In this document: positions 19,704 through 29,169 of the stretch, piece by piece
How the letters are laid out: each line of letters starts with the position of its first letter
How positions within the stretch are numbered: the first letter of the stretch is position 1
Assembly (NCBI GenBank): GCA_964411375.1
Contig: CAYPKR010000002.1
Span: 64,894-128,893 of the forward strand
Length of the DNA stretch: 64,000 nucleotides
Direction: 5' to 3'
Origin: an uncultured Candidatus Saccharibacteria bacterium
GTDB taxonomy: Bacteria > Patescibacteriota > Minisyncoccia > Phycocordibacterales > UBA12088
The notes under the pieces: generated by a model
What the model saw: the letters and a program-made list of their open reading frames with translations, nothing else
Told to the model about the DNA's origin: nothing
The model's database searches: none
Program-made: the position numbers and the translations under genes

Positions 19704-20147
19704 TTATTTTGAATCAATAGAAAGCATAAACACTGCAGAGCGATGATCGTGCCACGCTTCGATTGTATGACTGCCGGAAGCTTTGATTGGCGCATTCAGA
19801 GAAATAATTCCCTTAGGAAGATTGAGATGCAGTTCGTCTTGGATCGCTTTCATAATCTGATCTTCCTTGATTGCCTGGAAGAGACTTCCCTTATCATTGG
19901 CTTTAGCGTGAATCCTAACGGTTTTTCCGTTTAAAGCATCGAATAGTTTATGTACCCTGGCATTTTCACCAGCGAGCTTTTCGGCATGCACTTTTTTCTC
20001 TTCCGTAATCGAAGTGATCTTTCCGGTCGTTGCAACTTCGGCCAACCGCTTAGGAAATAAAAAGTGTGCTGCATATCCATCGGATACTTCCTTGATATCC
20101 TGCTTCTTCCCTACCCCGCGGACATCCTGCAGTAATATGACTTTCAT
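19704..20147 (-). CDS. rplI: 50S ribosomal protein L9
   Basis: MKVILLQDVRGVGKKQDIKEVSDGYA consensus. Confidence 0.95.
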   Translation of the reverse strand: MKVILLQDVRGVGKKQDIKEVSDGYAAHFLFPKRLAEVATTGKITSITEEKKVHAEKLAGENARVHKLFDALNGKTVRIHAKANDKGSLFQAIKEDQIMKAIQDELHLNLPKGIISLNAPIKASGSHTIEAWHDHRSAVFMLSIDSK

Positions 20148-20222
20148 GTTAGGGGATTATACACAAATATCTAGACTGTAGAAACCCTTTAAAAATTCTT
20201 CAGATGCGAGGCATGGAGAAGG

Positions 20223-20262
20223 TATGAAAATTGCCGTACTTGTAGTTACGGCAATTTTCATA
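20223..20262. repeat. perfect 16-bp inverted repeat (hairpin) with no U-tract
   Basis: tatgaaaattgccgta-cttgtagt-tacggcaattttcata between the ctpA stop and the rplI start. Confidence 0.5.
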
Positions 20263-20306
20263 CAGAGGCTCCATAACGAAGCAGGTGAAAATTTTTGAAG
20301 GGTTTC

Positions 20307-21548
20307 TTATTTTCCGGTATTAAGGTATTGAATCGCGCGATTAAGCTGCGGATCCTTTCCATTTGCCAAGTCTTCGGCCGTTGTCGTTGCTTGGAAATCA
20401 GGGGTGAGGCCCGAGAGCGAGATTGATTTTCCGTTCGGCGTATACCAACGAGCAACCGTTACTTTAATTGCGGTGTCCGGAGTGACATTGATGAGTTCTT
20501 GCACCGATCCTTTTCCGAAACTGCGGTCTCCTACAAGTTTTGCAACACCGTGTTCGGAAAGTGCTCCGGCGAGAATTTCTGATGCCGATGCAGAACCTTG
20601 GTTTTGGAGAATTGCAACTTGGAATCCGCCGTTGGTGTATACATCGTATCCCTTACTTCGGTAGAGATGATCCTGTCCTCCGCCTCGCTCTTCAACGACA
20701 ACATCTCCCGTTGGCAAGAACCAACTTGCGATATCAACGGCTGCTTCAAGATATCCGCCCGGATTGCCACGAAGGTCAATAACTAGTTTTTTCTGACCAC
20801 TTGCGAGGAAATTGCGCATTTCAGTGCGGAAACTATCAACTGCAGTTGCACCAAAGCTATAGAGCGCGATTACATAGACATGATCATTGACGCGATTTTC
20901 GCTCTTAATTATCGGCACCTGAATCGCTTCACGCTTGATATCGACTTCGATCAACTTTGTTTCTCCTTTTCGGGCAATCGAGAGGTGCACCGACGTACCG
21001 ATATCACCGCGAATATTCCTGACCGCTTCATCAACTGAATAACCTTCAGTGCTAGTGTTATTTATTTTGACAACCTGATCGCCTGGACGAATACCGGCGC
21101 GTTCAGCGGGAGTATTTTTGAGCGGCGCAATGACTGTGATGATTTCGTCTCGAAGACCAATTTCCATTCCGACTCCTCCAAAGGAGCCATTGATGTCTTC
21201 GGTGAACGATTTGTTTTCAACCGGTGGGAAGAATACCGTGTATGGATCGCCAAGCGATTTTGCGAGTCCTTCGATTGCGCCGTACACACGGTCTTGATTA
21301 GAAATGGTGCTCGTTGACGATGTTGCCGGAACATAGCGCTCATTTAAAATTTCCCATGCTTTGTAGAGTGGACTAAAATCAACACCTTCAGGTGGAAGCG
21401 TGTTGGCATTTCCGATGACAATCGTATTGGCATGTGTTTCATGATAGTCACCGATTGCAAGTCCGATGAAAAACGCAATCGTAACTGGAACCAAAACGAG
21501 CGATAACGTGCTCGTCGTTTTTTGTAGATACTTTTTGAATGAATTCAT
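20307..21548 (-). CDS. ctpA: carboxy-terminal processing protease (S41)
   Basis: N-terminal TM, PDZ region, and S41 catalytic region GSASASEILAGAL. Confidence 0.88.
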   Translation of the reverse strand: MNSFKKYLQKTTSTLSLVLVPVTIAFFIGLAIGDYHETHANTIVIGNANTLPPEGVDFSPLYKAWEILNERYVPATSSTSTISNQDRVYGAIEGLAKSLGDPYTVFFPPVENKSFTEDINGSFGGVGMEIGLRDEIITVIAPLKNTPAERAGIRPGDQVVKINNTSTEGYSVDEAVRNIRGDIGTSVHLSIARKGETKLIEVDIKREAIQVPIIKSENRVNDHVYVIALYSFGATAVDSFRTEMRNFLASGQKKLVIDLRGNPGGYLEAAVDIASWFLPTGDVVVEERGGGQDHLYRSKGYDVYTNGGFQVAILQNQGSASASEILAGALSEHGVAKLVGDRSFGKGSVQELINVTPDTAIKVTVARWYTPNGKSISLSGLTPDFQATTTAEDLANGKDPQLNRAIQYLNTGK

Positions 21549-21640
21549 TACATCTAGTATCGCAAAGTGCTACCCTGCATGTCAATTTGAATGCTCTCGC
21601 ACAGTTACTAGACTCGCGATATAATTCATTTCTACTTCAT

Positions 21641-23107
21641 ATGTTTTTCCTCGCCCTCGACAGACAACCGATTCCTCCGAAGCCCCCTCTGCGATTTCGG
21701 AATACTCTTTCGGGAGAAATAGAAGAATTCAAACCAATTCGCGAAGGAAAGGTACTGATGTATAACTGCGGTCCGACGGTCTATGACCATCAGCACATCG
21801 GCAACCTACGCGCCTATGTATTTGCAGATATTCTTCGTCGTACACTCGAATACAATGGCTACGATGTGAAGCAAATCATTAACATTACCGATGTCGGACA
21901 TTTGGTTTCGGATGCAGACGAAGGCGCAGACAAACTTGAAGTTGGTGCAGAAAAATATGGACTTTCTGCACAAGAGCTTGCGAAGAAAATTACCGCCGAG
22001 TGGAAGGATGATTTGGACAAGCTCGACATTGATACTAAGAAAATTACGTTTACCAAAGCGACTGATTATATTCCAGAACAAATTGCACTTGTTTCTGCAC
22101 TTCAGGAAAAGGGCTACACCTATCAAATTTCTGATGGCGTGTATTACGACACGTCGCGGTTCCCCAAATACGGTGCTCTGGGAAATATTGATACGGAACA
22201 TTTGAAGGCGGGTGCGCGAGTCGATCTTGGTGAAAAACTCCATGCGACTGACTTTGCACTTTGGAAACTCTCCCCTTCTGGAGAAAAGCGCCAGCAGGAA
22301 TGGAAATCGCCGTGGGGTATTGGGTTTCCAGGATGGCATTTAGAATGCACCGCGATGATTTTTGCGGAGCTTGGCAAACAGATTGATATTCATACTGGCG
22401 GTATCGATCATATTCCCGTTCATCACAATAATGAAATCGCACAGGCGGAAGCGGCAAGCGGTAAAAAATATGTGAATTATTGGATCCACGGCGAATTCAT
22501 TACAATTGAAGGCAAGAAGATTTCAAAGTCACTGGGAAATACTATTCTTCTTCGAAATATTACTGACAAGAATCTTTCGGCTCTTGCACTCCGCATGTGG
22601 TTCCTCTCCGGTCATTACCGTTCGCCGATGAATTTCACGTGGGAGGCAATCGAAGGCGCAAATACTGCTCTTCTTAAATTGCACCGATTCTTTGTGGACG
22701 AACTCCCTGAAGGAGAGAGCGGAAAAGTTGATGAAACATATCAGCGCCGATTCCAAGAGGCGATTAATGAAGATCTTGATACGCCAAAAGCGTTGGCACT
22801 TCTCTTTGAACTCGCAAAAGATGAAACTGTCTCCCCTGCCGATACTCGCGCAACCATTCTCGATTTTGATCGTGTCTTAGGACTTGGATTTATAGCTGGA
22901 AAAAAGAAGCAGAAAGAAATGCTCAAACTAAAAGTTTTGGATAAAAAAGCAATTCCAAAAGCGGTACAAAAACTCATTGATGAACGCGAAGCGGCACGTA
23001 CTGAAAAAAATTGGGTTGAGGCAGACCGAATCCGCGACCTTTTGGAGAGGAAAGGCTATACAGTAAAAGATACTCCTGAGGGATCAGAAATAGAGAAACT
23101 CGGATAG
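21641..23107 (+). CDS. cysS: cysteinyl-tRNA synthetase
   Basis: MYNCGPTVYDHQHIGN (HIGH region) and KISKS. The start is placed at the internal Met, because the 21539 start would overlap divergent ctpA and add a non-conserved extension. Confidence 0.8.
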   Translation: MFFLALDRQPIPPKPPLRFRNTLSGEIEEFKPIREGKVLMYNCGPTVYDHQHIGNLRAYVFADILRRTLEYNGYDVKQIINITDVGHLVSDADEGADKLEVGAEKYGLSAQELAKKITAEWKDDLDKLDIDTKKITFTKATDYIPEQIALVSALQEKGYTYQISDGVYYDTSRFPKYGALGNIDTEHLKAGARVDLGEKLHATDFALWKLSPSGEKRQQEWKSPWGIGFPGWHLECTAMIFAELGKQIDIHTGGIDHIPVHHNNEIAQAEAASGKKYVNYWIHGEFITIEGKKISKSLGNTILLRNITDKNLSALALRMWFLSGHYRSPMNFTWEAIEGANTALLKLHRFFVDELPEGESGKVDETYQRRFQEAINEDLDTPKALALLFELAKDETVSPADTRATILDFDRVLGLGFIAGKKKQKEMLKLKVLDKKAIPKAVQKLIDEREAARTEKNWVEADRIRDLLERKGYTVKDTPEGSEIEKLG

Positions 23108-23194
23108 GCGTATTTTATACACATCTTACGCACAGAAATCATCAATTTTCCTCTTCGGGCAGGGACTTCCTCGCTGTGCTAAAATGGCGGAATT

Positions 23195-24598
23195 ATGGCA
23201 TCGAATCCTGTCTCAAAACTCCGTATTCCTCCGCATAACATTGATTCGGAAAAGGCACTTCTCGGTGCGTTGATACTGAAACCCGATTCGATACACGACA
23301 TCATTGATCTCGTCTCTCCTGAATCATTTTATGTCGAAAAACATCGCCTGATTATAGCGGCGATTTTAGAGCTTTTCGGAAAAAGCGATGGCATCGATCT
23401 TTTGACTTTGACCTCGAAGCTCCGCGACCAAAAACGACTAGAGCAAATTGGCGGTGCGAGTTATCTGACTGAACTCGTGAATACCACTCCCGCTGCAGCA
23501 AATGCAAAATTTTATGCAGAACTCGTTCACAAAACGGCAACGCTTCGCGGAATAATCGGTGCGGCGGAAGATATTGGCGAACTCGGATATGAACAAAATA
23601 TGCCGATTGACGAAGTGCTCGATCGCGCAGAAAAACGTATCTACCAAATTGCACACGCAAGCAACTCAAGAAAGTTCATTGGCATGAACGAAATGGTCGG
23701 AGATGCGTGGGAGCGCATCGAAGCGCTTCACAACGCGGATGCAGCTACCGTGCGCGGTGTTCCTTCCGGTTTCAAGGAACTCGACAATTTGCTCGCAGGA
23801 TTCCAACCATCTGACCTCATCATTCTTGCGGCACGACCTTCGATGGGAAAATCAACGCTCGCCTTGGATATCGCCCGCCAAGCAGCAACGCTCTACAACG
23901 TACCGGTTGGATTTTTCTCACTTGAAATGAGCACCAAATCGCTCGTGGATCGTATTCTTGCGGCCGAAGCGAGAGTGGATGCGTGGCGACTTCGAACCGG
24001 AAAACTATCGACTGATGAAGAATTTGAACAGATTAAGGGCGCACTTGATCGACTCTCCGGTGCACCAATTTATTTTGATGATCAGCCAGCGGCGAGCATT
24101 TTGACGATGCGTTCTGCCGCACGTCGATTGATGCGTGAACAGGGACTCGGACTCATCATCGTTGATTACCTCCAGCTTATGGTTCCAACATACAGCAGAG
24201 CGTCCGACAACGTTGTTCAGCAAGTAACGGAAATTTCGAGATCATTAAAAGGCATGGCTCGTGAGCTCAATGTGCCGGTAATTGCCCTCTCACAGCTTTC
24301 ACGAGCCGTTGAACAACGTCGTGGTCGTCCTCGCCTTTCTGACCTTCGCGACTCAGGTTCGATCGAACAAGACGCCGACGTTGTCATGTTCATTCATCGC
24401 GAAGATAAAATGAGCGAAACAGGAACATCTGATCGGCCAAACGTAGCGGAAATTCTGATCGAAAAGCACCGCAACGGACCAACTGGAAAAATTGACCTCT
24501 TCTTTGACGAAAAGAAAACGACCTTCATTCCGATTGAAAAGAGCGATTTTAGTTCGTTTGAATCGGCAAGCGCAAGCGGTATTGATGACGTATTTTAA
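23195..24598 (+). CDS. dnaB: replicative DNA helicase
   Basis: N-terminal DnaB domain (IPPHNIDSEKALLGALIL) and Walker A PSMGKST. Confidence 0.95.
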   Translation: MASNPVSKLRIPPHNIDSEKALLGALILKPDSIHDIIDLVSPESFYVEKHRLIIAAILELFGKSDGIDLLTLTSKLRDQKRLEQIGGASYLTELVNTTPAAANAKFYAELVHKTATLRGIIGAAEDIGELGYEQNMPIDEVLDRAEKRIYQIAHASNSRKFIGMNEMVGDAWERIEALHNADAATVRGVPSGFKELDNLLAGFQPSDLIILAARPSMGKSTLALDIARQAATLYNVPVGFFSLEMSTKSLVDRILAAEARVDAWRLRTGKLSTDEEFEQIKGALDRLSGAPIYFDDQPAASILTMRSAARRLMREQGLGLIIVDYLQLMVPTYSRASDNVVQQVTEISRSLKGMARELNVPVIALSQLSRAVEQRRGRPRLSDLRDSGSIEQDADVVMFIHREDKMSETGTSDRPNVAEILIEKHRNGPTGKIDLFFDEKKTTFIPIEKSDFSSFESASASGIDDVF

Positions 24599-24600
24599 GC

Positions 24601-25215
24601 ATGAACACGATTTCCAAACTTGCCGAACTCTTCAATGAATTCCCCGGAATTGGTCCGAGACAAGCGAAACGCTTAGTGTATTTTCTCTTAACCAAAAACC
24701 CTCGATTCCACCTCGAACTTTCTGAAGCACTCACTGCCCTTTCCAAAAGCGTTTCAATTTGTCCATCCTGTTTTCGCTATTTCACCAAAAATGGCGAAGC
24801 GCTATGTAATATCTGCGCTGATTCAAATCGAAATGATGGAGCTTTAATGATTGTCGAGAAAGATGTTGATTTTGAAAATATCGAACGAAGTCGTGTCTAT
24901 GACGGTAAATATTTTATTTTGGGCGGCACCGTTGGAGCACTTGATAAAAAACCCGAAGAAAAAGTGCGGCTCCGTGAACTTTCGCGCGTTGTTGAAGAGC
25001 GCGGCAAATCTGGCGCGCTCAAAGAAATTGTCTTAGCGCTTTCTGCGAATGCTGATGGTGAAGAAACGGGAGAATTTGTAAGTGGAATTATTGCGCCGTC
25101 AGTCGAGTCATTTGGCATCAAAGTATCTGTATTCGGACGCGGTCTCTCAACTGGAAGCGAACTCGAATACGCTGATTCAGAAACAATCAAGAACGCATTT
25201 AAGAATAGAAAATGA
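24601..25215 (+). CDS. recR: recombination protein RecR
   Basis: HhH motif FPGIGPRQAKRL, a C4 zinc finger and a Toprim region. Confidence 0.95.
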   Translation: MNTISKLAELFNEFPGIGPRQAKRLVYFLLTKNPRFHLELSEALTALSKSVSICPSCFRYFTKNGEALCNICADSNRNDGALMIVEKDVDFENIERSRVYDGKYFILGGTVGALDKKPEEKVRLRELSRVVEERGKSGALKEIVLALSANADGEETGEFVSGIIAPSVESFGIKVSVFGRGLSTGSELEYADSETIKNAFKNRK

Positions 25216-25218
25216 GAA

Positions 25219-25247
25219 AAGCGGCGTCCCTCGTCGGGACGCCGCTT
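25219..25247. terminator. GC-rich hairpin terminator after recR and after the convergent minus-strand ORF
   Basis: agcggcgtccc-tcgtc-gggacgccgct, with a U-tract on the minus-strand side. Confidence 0.6.
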
Positions 25248-25633
25248 CATTGAATGCGCATCGTCATACTGCGCTGCTTGATTCCCACAACTACTTGTGC
25301 GAAATGCTCGCGGAGATCTGCTTCTTGTTGACGATCTCGCCAGCTGATTTTGCAAGCCTCTCCAATACACATTCGTATATAGATCGATTCCTTGTACCGA
25401 TATATTTGAATGCCAGACGGAATTGTAATTGCTTGGCCACTCGCAAGAGTGGAAGAGAGCCCCACATGATCTGGATAACATTCAGTTTTAAGCAACCATT
25501 CCAAGTCATCTTCAGTGATTGTCGTGTACGCAATTCGGTTCCCAGTGTCAGGATCAAAATGGATCTTAACCGTTGCTGTAGTCTCAATCACCGATAAGGT
25601 GAACTCTTCGAGATTTGAAAGGGTCATAGACAT
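25247..25633 (-). CDS. hypothetical protein
   Basis: 128 aa with balanced composition. Its stop abuts the 25219-25247 terminator. Confidence 0.4.
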   Translation of the reverse strand: MSMTLSNLEEFTLSVIETTATVKIHFDPDTGNRIAYTTITEDDLEWLLKTECYPDHVGLSSTLASGQAITIPSGIQIYRYKESIYIRMCIGEACKISWRDRQQEADLREHFAQVVVGIKQRSMTMRIQ

Positions 25634-25698
25634 GGAGCGCTCCTGTCTCGACTGACCATCATTCTATTGGTAGAAAAGCAAACTATTAGCTAATACGC

Positions 25699-25727
25699 AA
25701 CAAGTCCCGCGACGCGGGACTTGTTTT
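25699..25727. terminator. hairpin terminator downstream of rplU
   Basis: 13-bp stem aacaagtcccgcg/cgcgggacttgtt followed by tta. Confidence 0.55.
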
Positions 25728-26034
25728 AGTCGATAGTAACTTTGAGGAACGGCTGACGGTGACCGCGGTTCTTGAAGTAGCGAACCTTTGGTTTATATTT
25801 GATGACAGAGATTTTCTTGGCGCGTCCAACTTCGACGACCTTGCCAGTAACTTTTGCACCCGAAACTGCTGGAGTTCCTACCTTGGTAGCCGTGCCGTCT
25901 TCAATGAGGAGGACTTCATCAAAAGTGACTTTGTCGCCGACCTTGAAATCACCTACAAGTTTTTCAATGGAAATAGTGTCGCCTGATGCTGCGACATACT
26001 GCTTTCCGCCGGTTTTGATTACTGAAAATGCCAT
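25726..26034 (-). CDS. rplU: 50S ribosomal protein L21
   Basis: MAFSVIKTGGKQY consensus. 102 aa. Confidence 0.95.
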   Translation of the reverse strand: MAFSVIKTGGKQYVAASGDTISIEKLVGDFKVGDKVTFDEVLLIEDGTATKVGTPAVSGAKVTGKVVEVGRAKKISVIKYKPKVRYFKNRGHRQPFLKVTID

Positions 26035-26309
26035 GTGTGTATTTGCCTAAGTGCGCCTAATATAGCCTATATTTGGGAAAAAACAAGGGTTATCAAAAAT
26101 AAAAGATCGCCGTCCAGGAAGCATTTCTGGGCGGCGATCACGGGGTCTACGGGATCCGGTGGCGATCATTACGCCAGAAATCGGAGAGGGCTCCGAACCC
26201 TCGAAGGGTCATAAGAACGAGCCAGAGAACGGCTGGCGCAAGGAACTCAGTGGCCGCCGAAAGCTCCCTGAGGAGATTTGTTATACCATCAAAGTAGACT
26301 TTGTCAAAA

Positions 26310-27365
26310 CTAGTCGTCGAGATCCGGTTTTTCAAGAACCAGCTGTTCGATCTGCGGCGATTCCTTGGTGATTCGAAGCACGTCCTTGTCGATCTTCAAA
26401 AGTTCTTTATTTGCGGCGTTGAAATGTGACACGGATGTACCGAGCGAGTTACCAAGCTTCAACATGAATTGATCATACTTCGAGAGATGTGTGCCGAGTT
26501 CCGCCACACGCTTGATGATATCCTTTGCGGTTTCTTCAATCTGCATCGCTTTCAAACCCTGAAGAACAGTTTGGAGATACGCGAGAAAGGAAGTCGGCGA
26601 AACAATGATTACTTTATACTTCCCTGCCGCACGCTGAATGAGGTTTTCGGTATCATCGGTGAGGGCGCCGATTTTGTTGATCAAAAGATCGTAATAAATC
26701 GCTTCATGCGGAATAAACATGAACGCAAATTCCATTGTTCCTTCTTCAGGACGAATATATTTTGATGTTTCTTGGATGCGGAGCTTCAGGTCATTTAGAA
26801 ACAATTTTTCGAGACGATCCTTTTCAGACTGGTCTCGTGCTTCTATGAGTCGATTGTAGTTTTCGAGCGAGAACTTTGAATCGATCGGAATAATCTTGTC
26901 TTTTACAAACACTACTGCATCGACAATCTCGCCATTTTCAAATCCGTACTGCATCTGGAAATTCCCCGGCGGCAAAATATTTTGGAGCAGTGTTTCAAGA
27001 TAATATTCACCGAGGATCCCGCGTTGTTTCGGGTTTTTCAAAATGTCACCAAGCGACTGGAGCTGTTCGGCAAAGCCTTGTGTCTGACGACCAATTTCTT
27101 TGACCGAAGTAATTTCTTCAGTTATTTCCTTGATAAGGCGTTGCGATTCAGAATATTGTGAGCGAATTGTGTCACGCATCTGTACGTTTGATTCTCCAAT
27201 TCGCTGATCAAGTGTTTGGGAGAGATTTTGGAGTTGATTTTGAAGGAGCATCAAACCTTCGGTGTTATTCTCCGGCTGTTTGATTCGACGAAACATCATC
27301 CAGATAAAAACAGCGTTTGCCGAGAATGCGAGTATCAAAATAACTGCCAGAGTGAGGCTGTTCAT
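26310..27365 (-). CDS. rmuC: DNA recombination protein RmuC
   Basis: N-terminal TM, coiled-coil, and the conserved FAFMFIPHEAIYYDLL core. The start is placed at Met24, just before the TM segment. Confidence 0.8.
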   Translation of the reverse strand: MNSLTLAVILILAFSANAVFIWMMFRRIKQPENNTEGLMLLQNQLQNLSQTLDQRIGESNVQMRDTIRSQYSESQRLIKEITEEITSVKEIGRQTQGFAEQLQSLGDILKNPKQRGILGEYYLETLLQNILPPGNFQMQYGFENGEIVDAVVFVKDKIIPIDSKFSLENYNRLIEARDQSEKDRLEKLFLNDLKLRIQETSKYIRPEEGTMEFAFMFIPHEAIYYDLLINKIGALTDDTENLIQRAAGKYKVIIVSPTSFLAYLQTVLQGLKAMQIEETAKDIIKRVAELGTHLSKYDQFMLKLGNSLGTSVSHFNAANKELLKIDKDVLRITKESPQIEQLVLEKPDLDD

Positions 27366-27435
27366 CCGACCATTGTACCTTTTCAAACGAGACCCTTCAA
27401 AATACTTTACTTTTAGGGAATATGAGGGCATCATG

Positions 27436-27597
27436 GTATCGGTTCGAAGGAGATGGTGCTAGTAGCTTAGAGGTCTGTGAGGGTGGGTCCAAACCTTCCT
27501 TAGAGGATTCAATTTCCTCCTAGTAACCGGGATTTAAATGCATCCCAGCAGTCTCCTTCGAACTCTCCGCCCTCGTTTGTACGAGGGCTTTCGTTTT
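27436..27597 (+). ncRNA. candidate small structured RNA or 5-prime leader ending in an intrinsic terminator
   Basis: ttcgaaggaga at 27447 pairs perfectly with tctccttcgaa at 27555. The terminator is gccctcg-tttgta-cgagggc-tttcgtttt at 27569-27597. No ORF. Confidence 0.3.
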
Positions 27598-27629
27598 ATA
27601 TAGACACTTTTTTCTGGTATTCTTTTTAT

Positions 27630-28088
27630 ATGACATCCATACAACGCCACATCCGGGAAGAATTGACGAAGACAATGAAGTCCAAAGAGGAACCAAAGTT
27701 GACGGTACTTCGTGGGCTCATCACCGCATTTACCAATGAACTTGTTGCGCTTCGCCGCACTCCGCAATCTGAGCTTTCTGATGAAGAAGCGCTTGCAGTC
27801 ATTCGTCGTGCGGTTAAACAACGTAAAGATTCGGTTGAACAATTTGAACGCGGCAAGCGACATGATTTGGCACAAGCAGAAAAAGCAGAACTCGCCGTTC
27901 TCCAAGTTTTTGTTCCTCAAATGATGGGCAAAGAAGACATTATGAAAATCGCGATTCAGAAAAAGGGCGAACTTGGACTCACCGAAAAAGCACAGAGTGG
28001 ACTCCTTATGGCGACTCTCATGAAAGAACTCCGCGGCAAAGCCGACGGCACTGATGTAAAAGATGTCGTCTCTACCCTTCTTGGATAA
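27630..28088 (+). CDS. GatB/YqeY-domain protein
   Basis: 152 aa, YqeY-like along its whole length. Confidence 0.85.
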   Translation: MTSIQRHIREELTKTMKSKEEPKLTVLRGLITAFTNELVALRRTPQSELSDEEALAVIRRAVKQRKDSVEQFERGKRHDLAQAEKAELAVLQVFVPQMMGKEDIMKIAIQKKGELGLTEKAQSGLLMATLMKELRGKADGTDVKDVVSTLLG

Positions 28089-28090
28089 TC

Positions 28091-28588
28091 ATGGAAGGAC
28101 CAGCCTTACAGCCAGAAAGAAATCCGCTCGACCTTCCGCCGCTGCACCAAGTCCATCACCTTGATTCTAGTTCTGCGGAATTCACCATGCCTTCGAGAGA
28201 AGGAGATGTTCGATTTTCATTCACACGAAAAAACGGGAAGGTTACCTATCTTGGCGCAGAGCATGGCGGAAGCGAGCAGTTACGGCCACGTACACTACAA
28301 GAAGGAGCTGCGTTTGCGAGAGCGTTATTTACGCGATACGACAATGGGCAAGATGCTGAAACTTTGGAAAACGGAGATTCGTCTGAGAATGAAATAGTTG
28401 TTGGAAAAATAATAATGGAGTGCCGCAAACGACTTGGGGATTCTGAAGAAGATTGGCACCTTAGCGATATCCGACAAATCACTACCGCACTATTTCCGGA
28501 ATTATCTCATGGTGAAGTAGAAGAGATGTGCGTTGCGGTTCTGCGAAGTGTCGAAGATACTCGCCGGTTTACGTGGGGCGAGAAATAA
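28091..28588 (+). CDS. hypothetical protein
   Basis: 165 aa ORF starting 3 nt after the yqeY-like gene. No motif recognised. Confidence 0.45.
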   Translation: MEGPALQPERNPLDLPPLHQVHHLDSSSAEFTMPSREGDVRFSFTRKNGKVTYLGAEHGGSEQLRPRTLQEGAAFARALFTRYDNGQDAETLENGDSSENEIVVGKIIMECRKRLGDSEEDWHLSDIRQITTALFPELSHGEVEEMCVAVLRSVEDTRRFTWGEK

Positions 28589-29093
28589 TAAACCGATATG
28601 GTTTTTCTATCCATTCTTCTGCATAGTTGATTCCAATACGCGGTGTGCGAAGAATATCTTTTTTTGGAATAGTGATTCCCCGGTCTTCAATCCATAATCC
28701 ACTCTGACGTTTTACGGGGAGTGTATTTTCTTTTTTTGATATTTGAAGCGCACGAGTAAGACGTCCAGGGCCTGAAATCTCCTCAACACCGCGAATTAAT
28801 ACCGCTGCCGGAAAATCTTTGGGACCAGTCACGATATTAAGCATGTGGTACATCCCATAGCAGAGATACACGTACCAATTCCCCGCTTCATCAAACATAA
28901 TCGCGTTTCGCGGTGTCTTTCCTCTGTGGGCATGAGATGCTTTGTCCTTAAATCCATCGTACGCCTCAACTTCCGTGATCATATGAGCAACTTCCCTGTT
29001 CTCAATTTTTCGTACCAAAAATTTTCCGATGAGTTCTTCGGCAACAATCAAAGTGGGGCGATTAAAAAAATCTTGCGTAAGTATTCGCTTCAT
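28569..29093 (-). CDS. mpg: DNA-3-methyladenine glycosylase (Mpg/AAG family)
   Basis: ITEVEAYDG..DKASHA..GKTPRN..MF..GNWYVYLCYGMYHMLNIV..AVLIRG. The start is taken at Met12. Confidence 0.85.
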   Translation of the reverse strand: MKRILTQDFFNRPTLIVAEELIGKFLVRKIENREVAHMITEVEAYDGFKDKASHAHRGKTPRNAIMFDEAGNWYVYLCYGMYHMLNIVTGPKDFPAAVLIRGVEEISGPGRLTRALQISKKENTLPVKRQSGLWIEDRGITIPKKDILRTPRIGINYAEEWIEKPYRFIISRPT

Positions 29094-29117
29094 AGTTGGT
29101 TGTGCCGATTGTACATC

Positions 29118-29165
29118 AAAATACACCGACGCGGATCGTTATCCTCGTCGGTGTATTTTTCTATG
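29118..29165. terminator. intrinsic terminator after the 729-aa repeat protein gene
   Basis: aaaatacaccgacg...cgtcggtgtatttt 14-bp stem with U-runs on both strands. Confidence 0.7.
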
Positions 29166-29169
29166 TCGA

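Noticed and set aside
21539-21640. Upstream 34-codon extension of cysS as listed in the ORF track.
   Set aside because: It would overlap the divergent ctpA start, and the extension has no CysRS homology. The internal Met gives a normal N-terminus, though a non-ATG start cannot be excluded.
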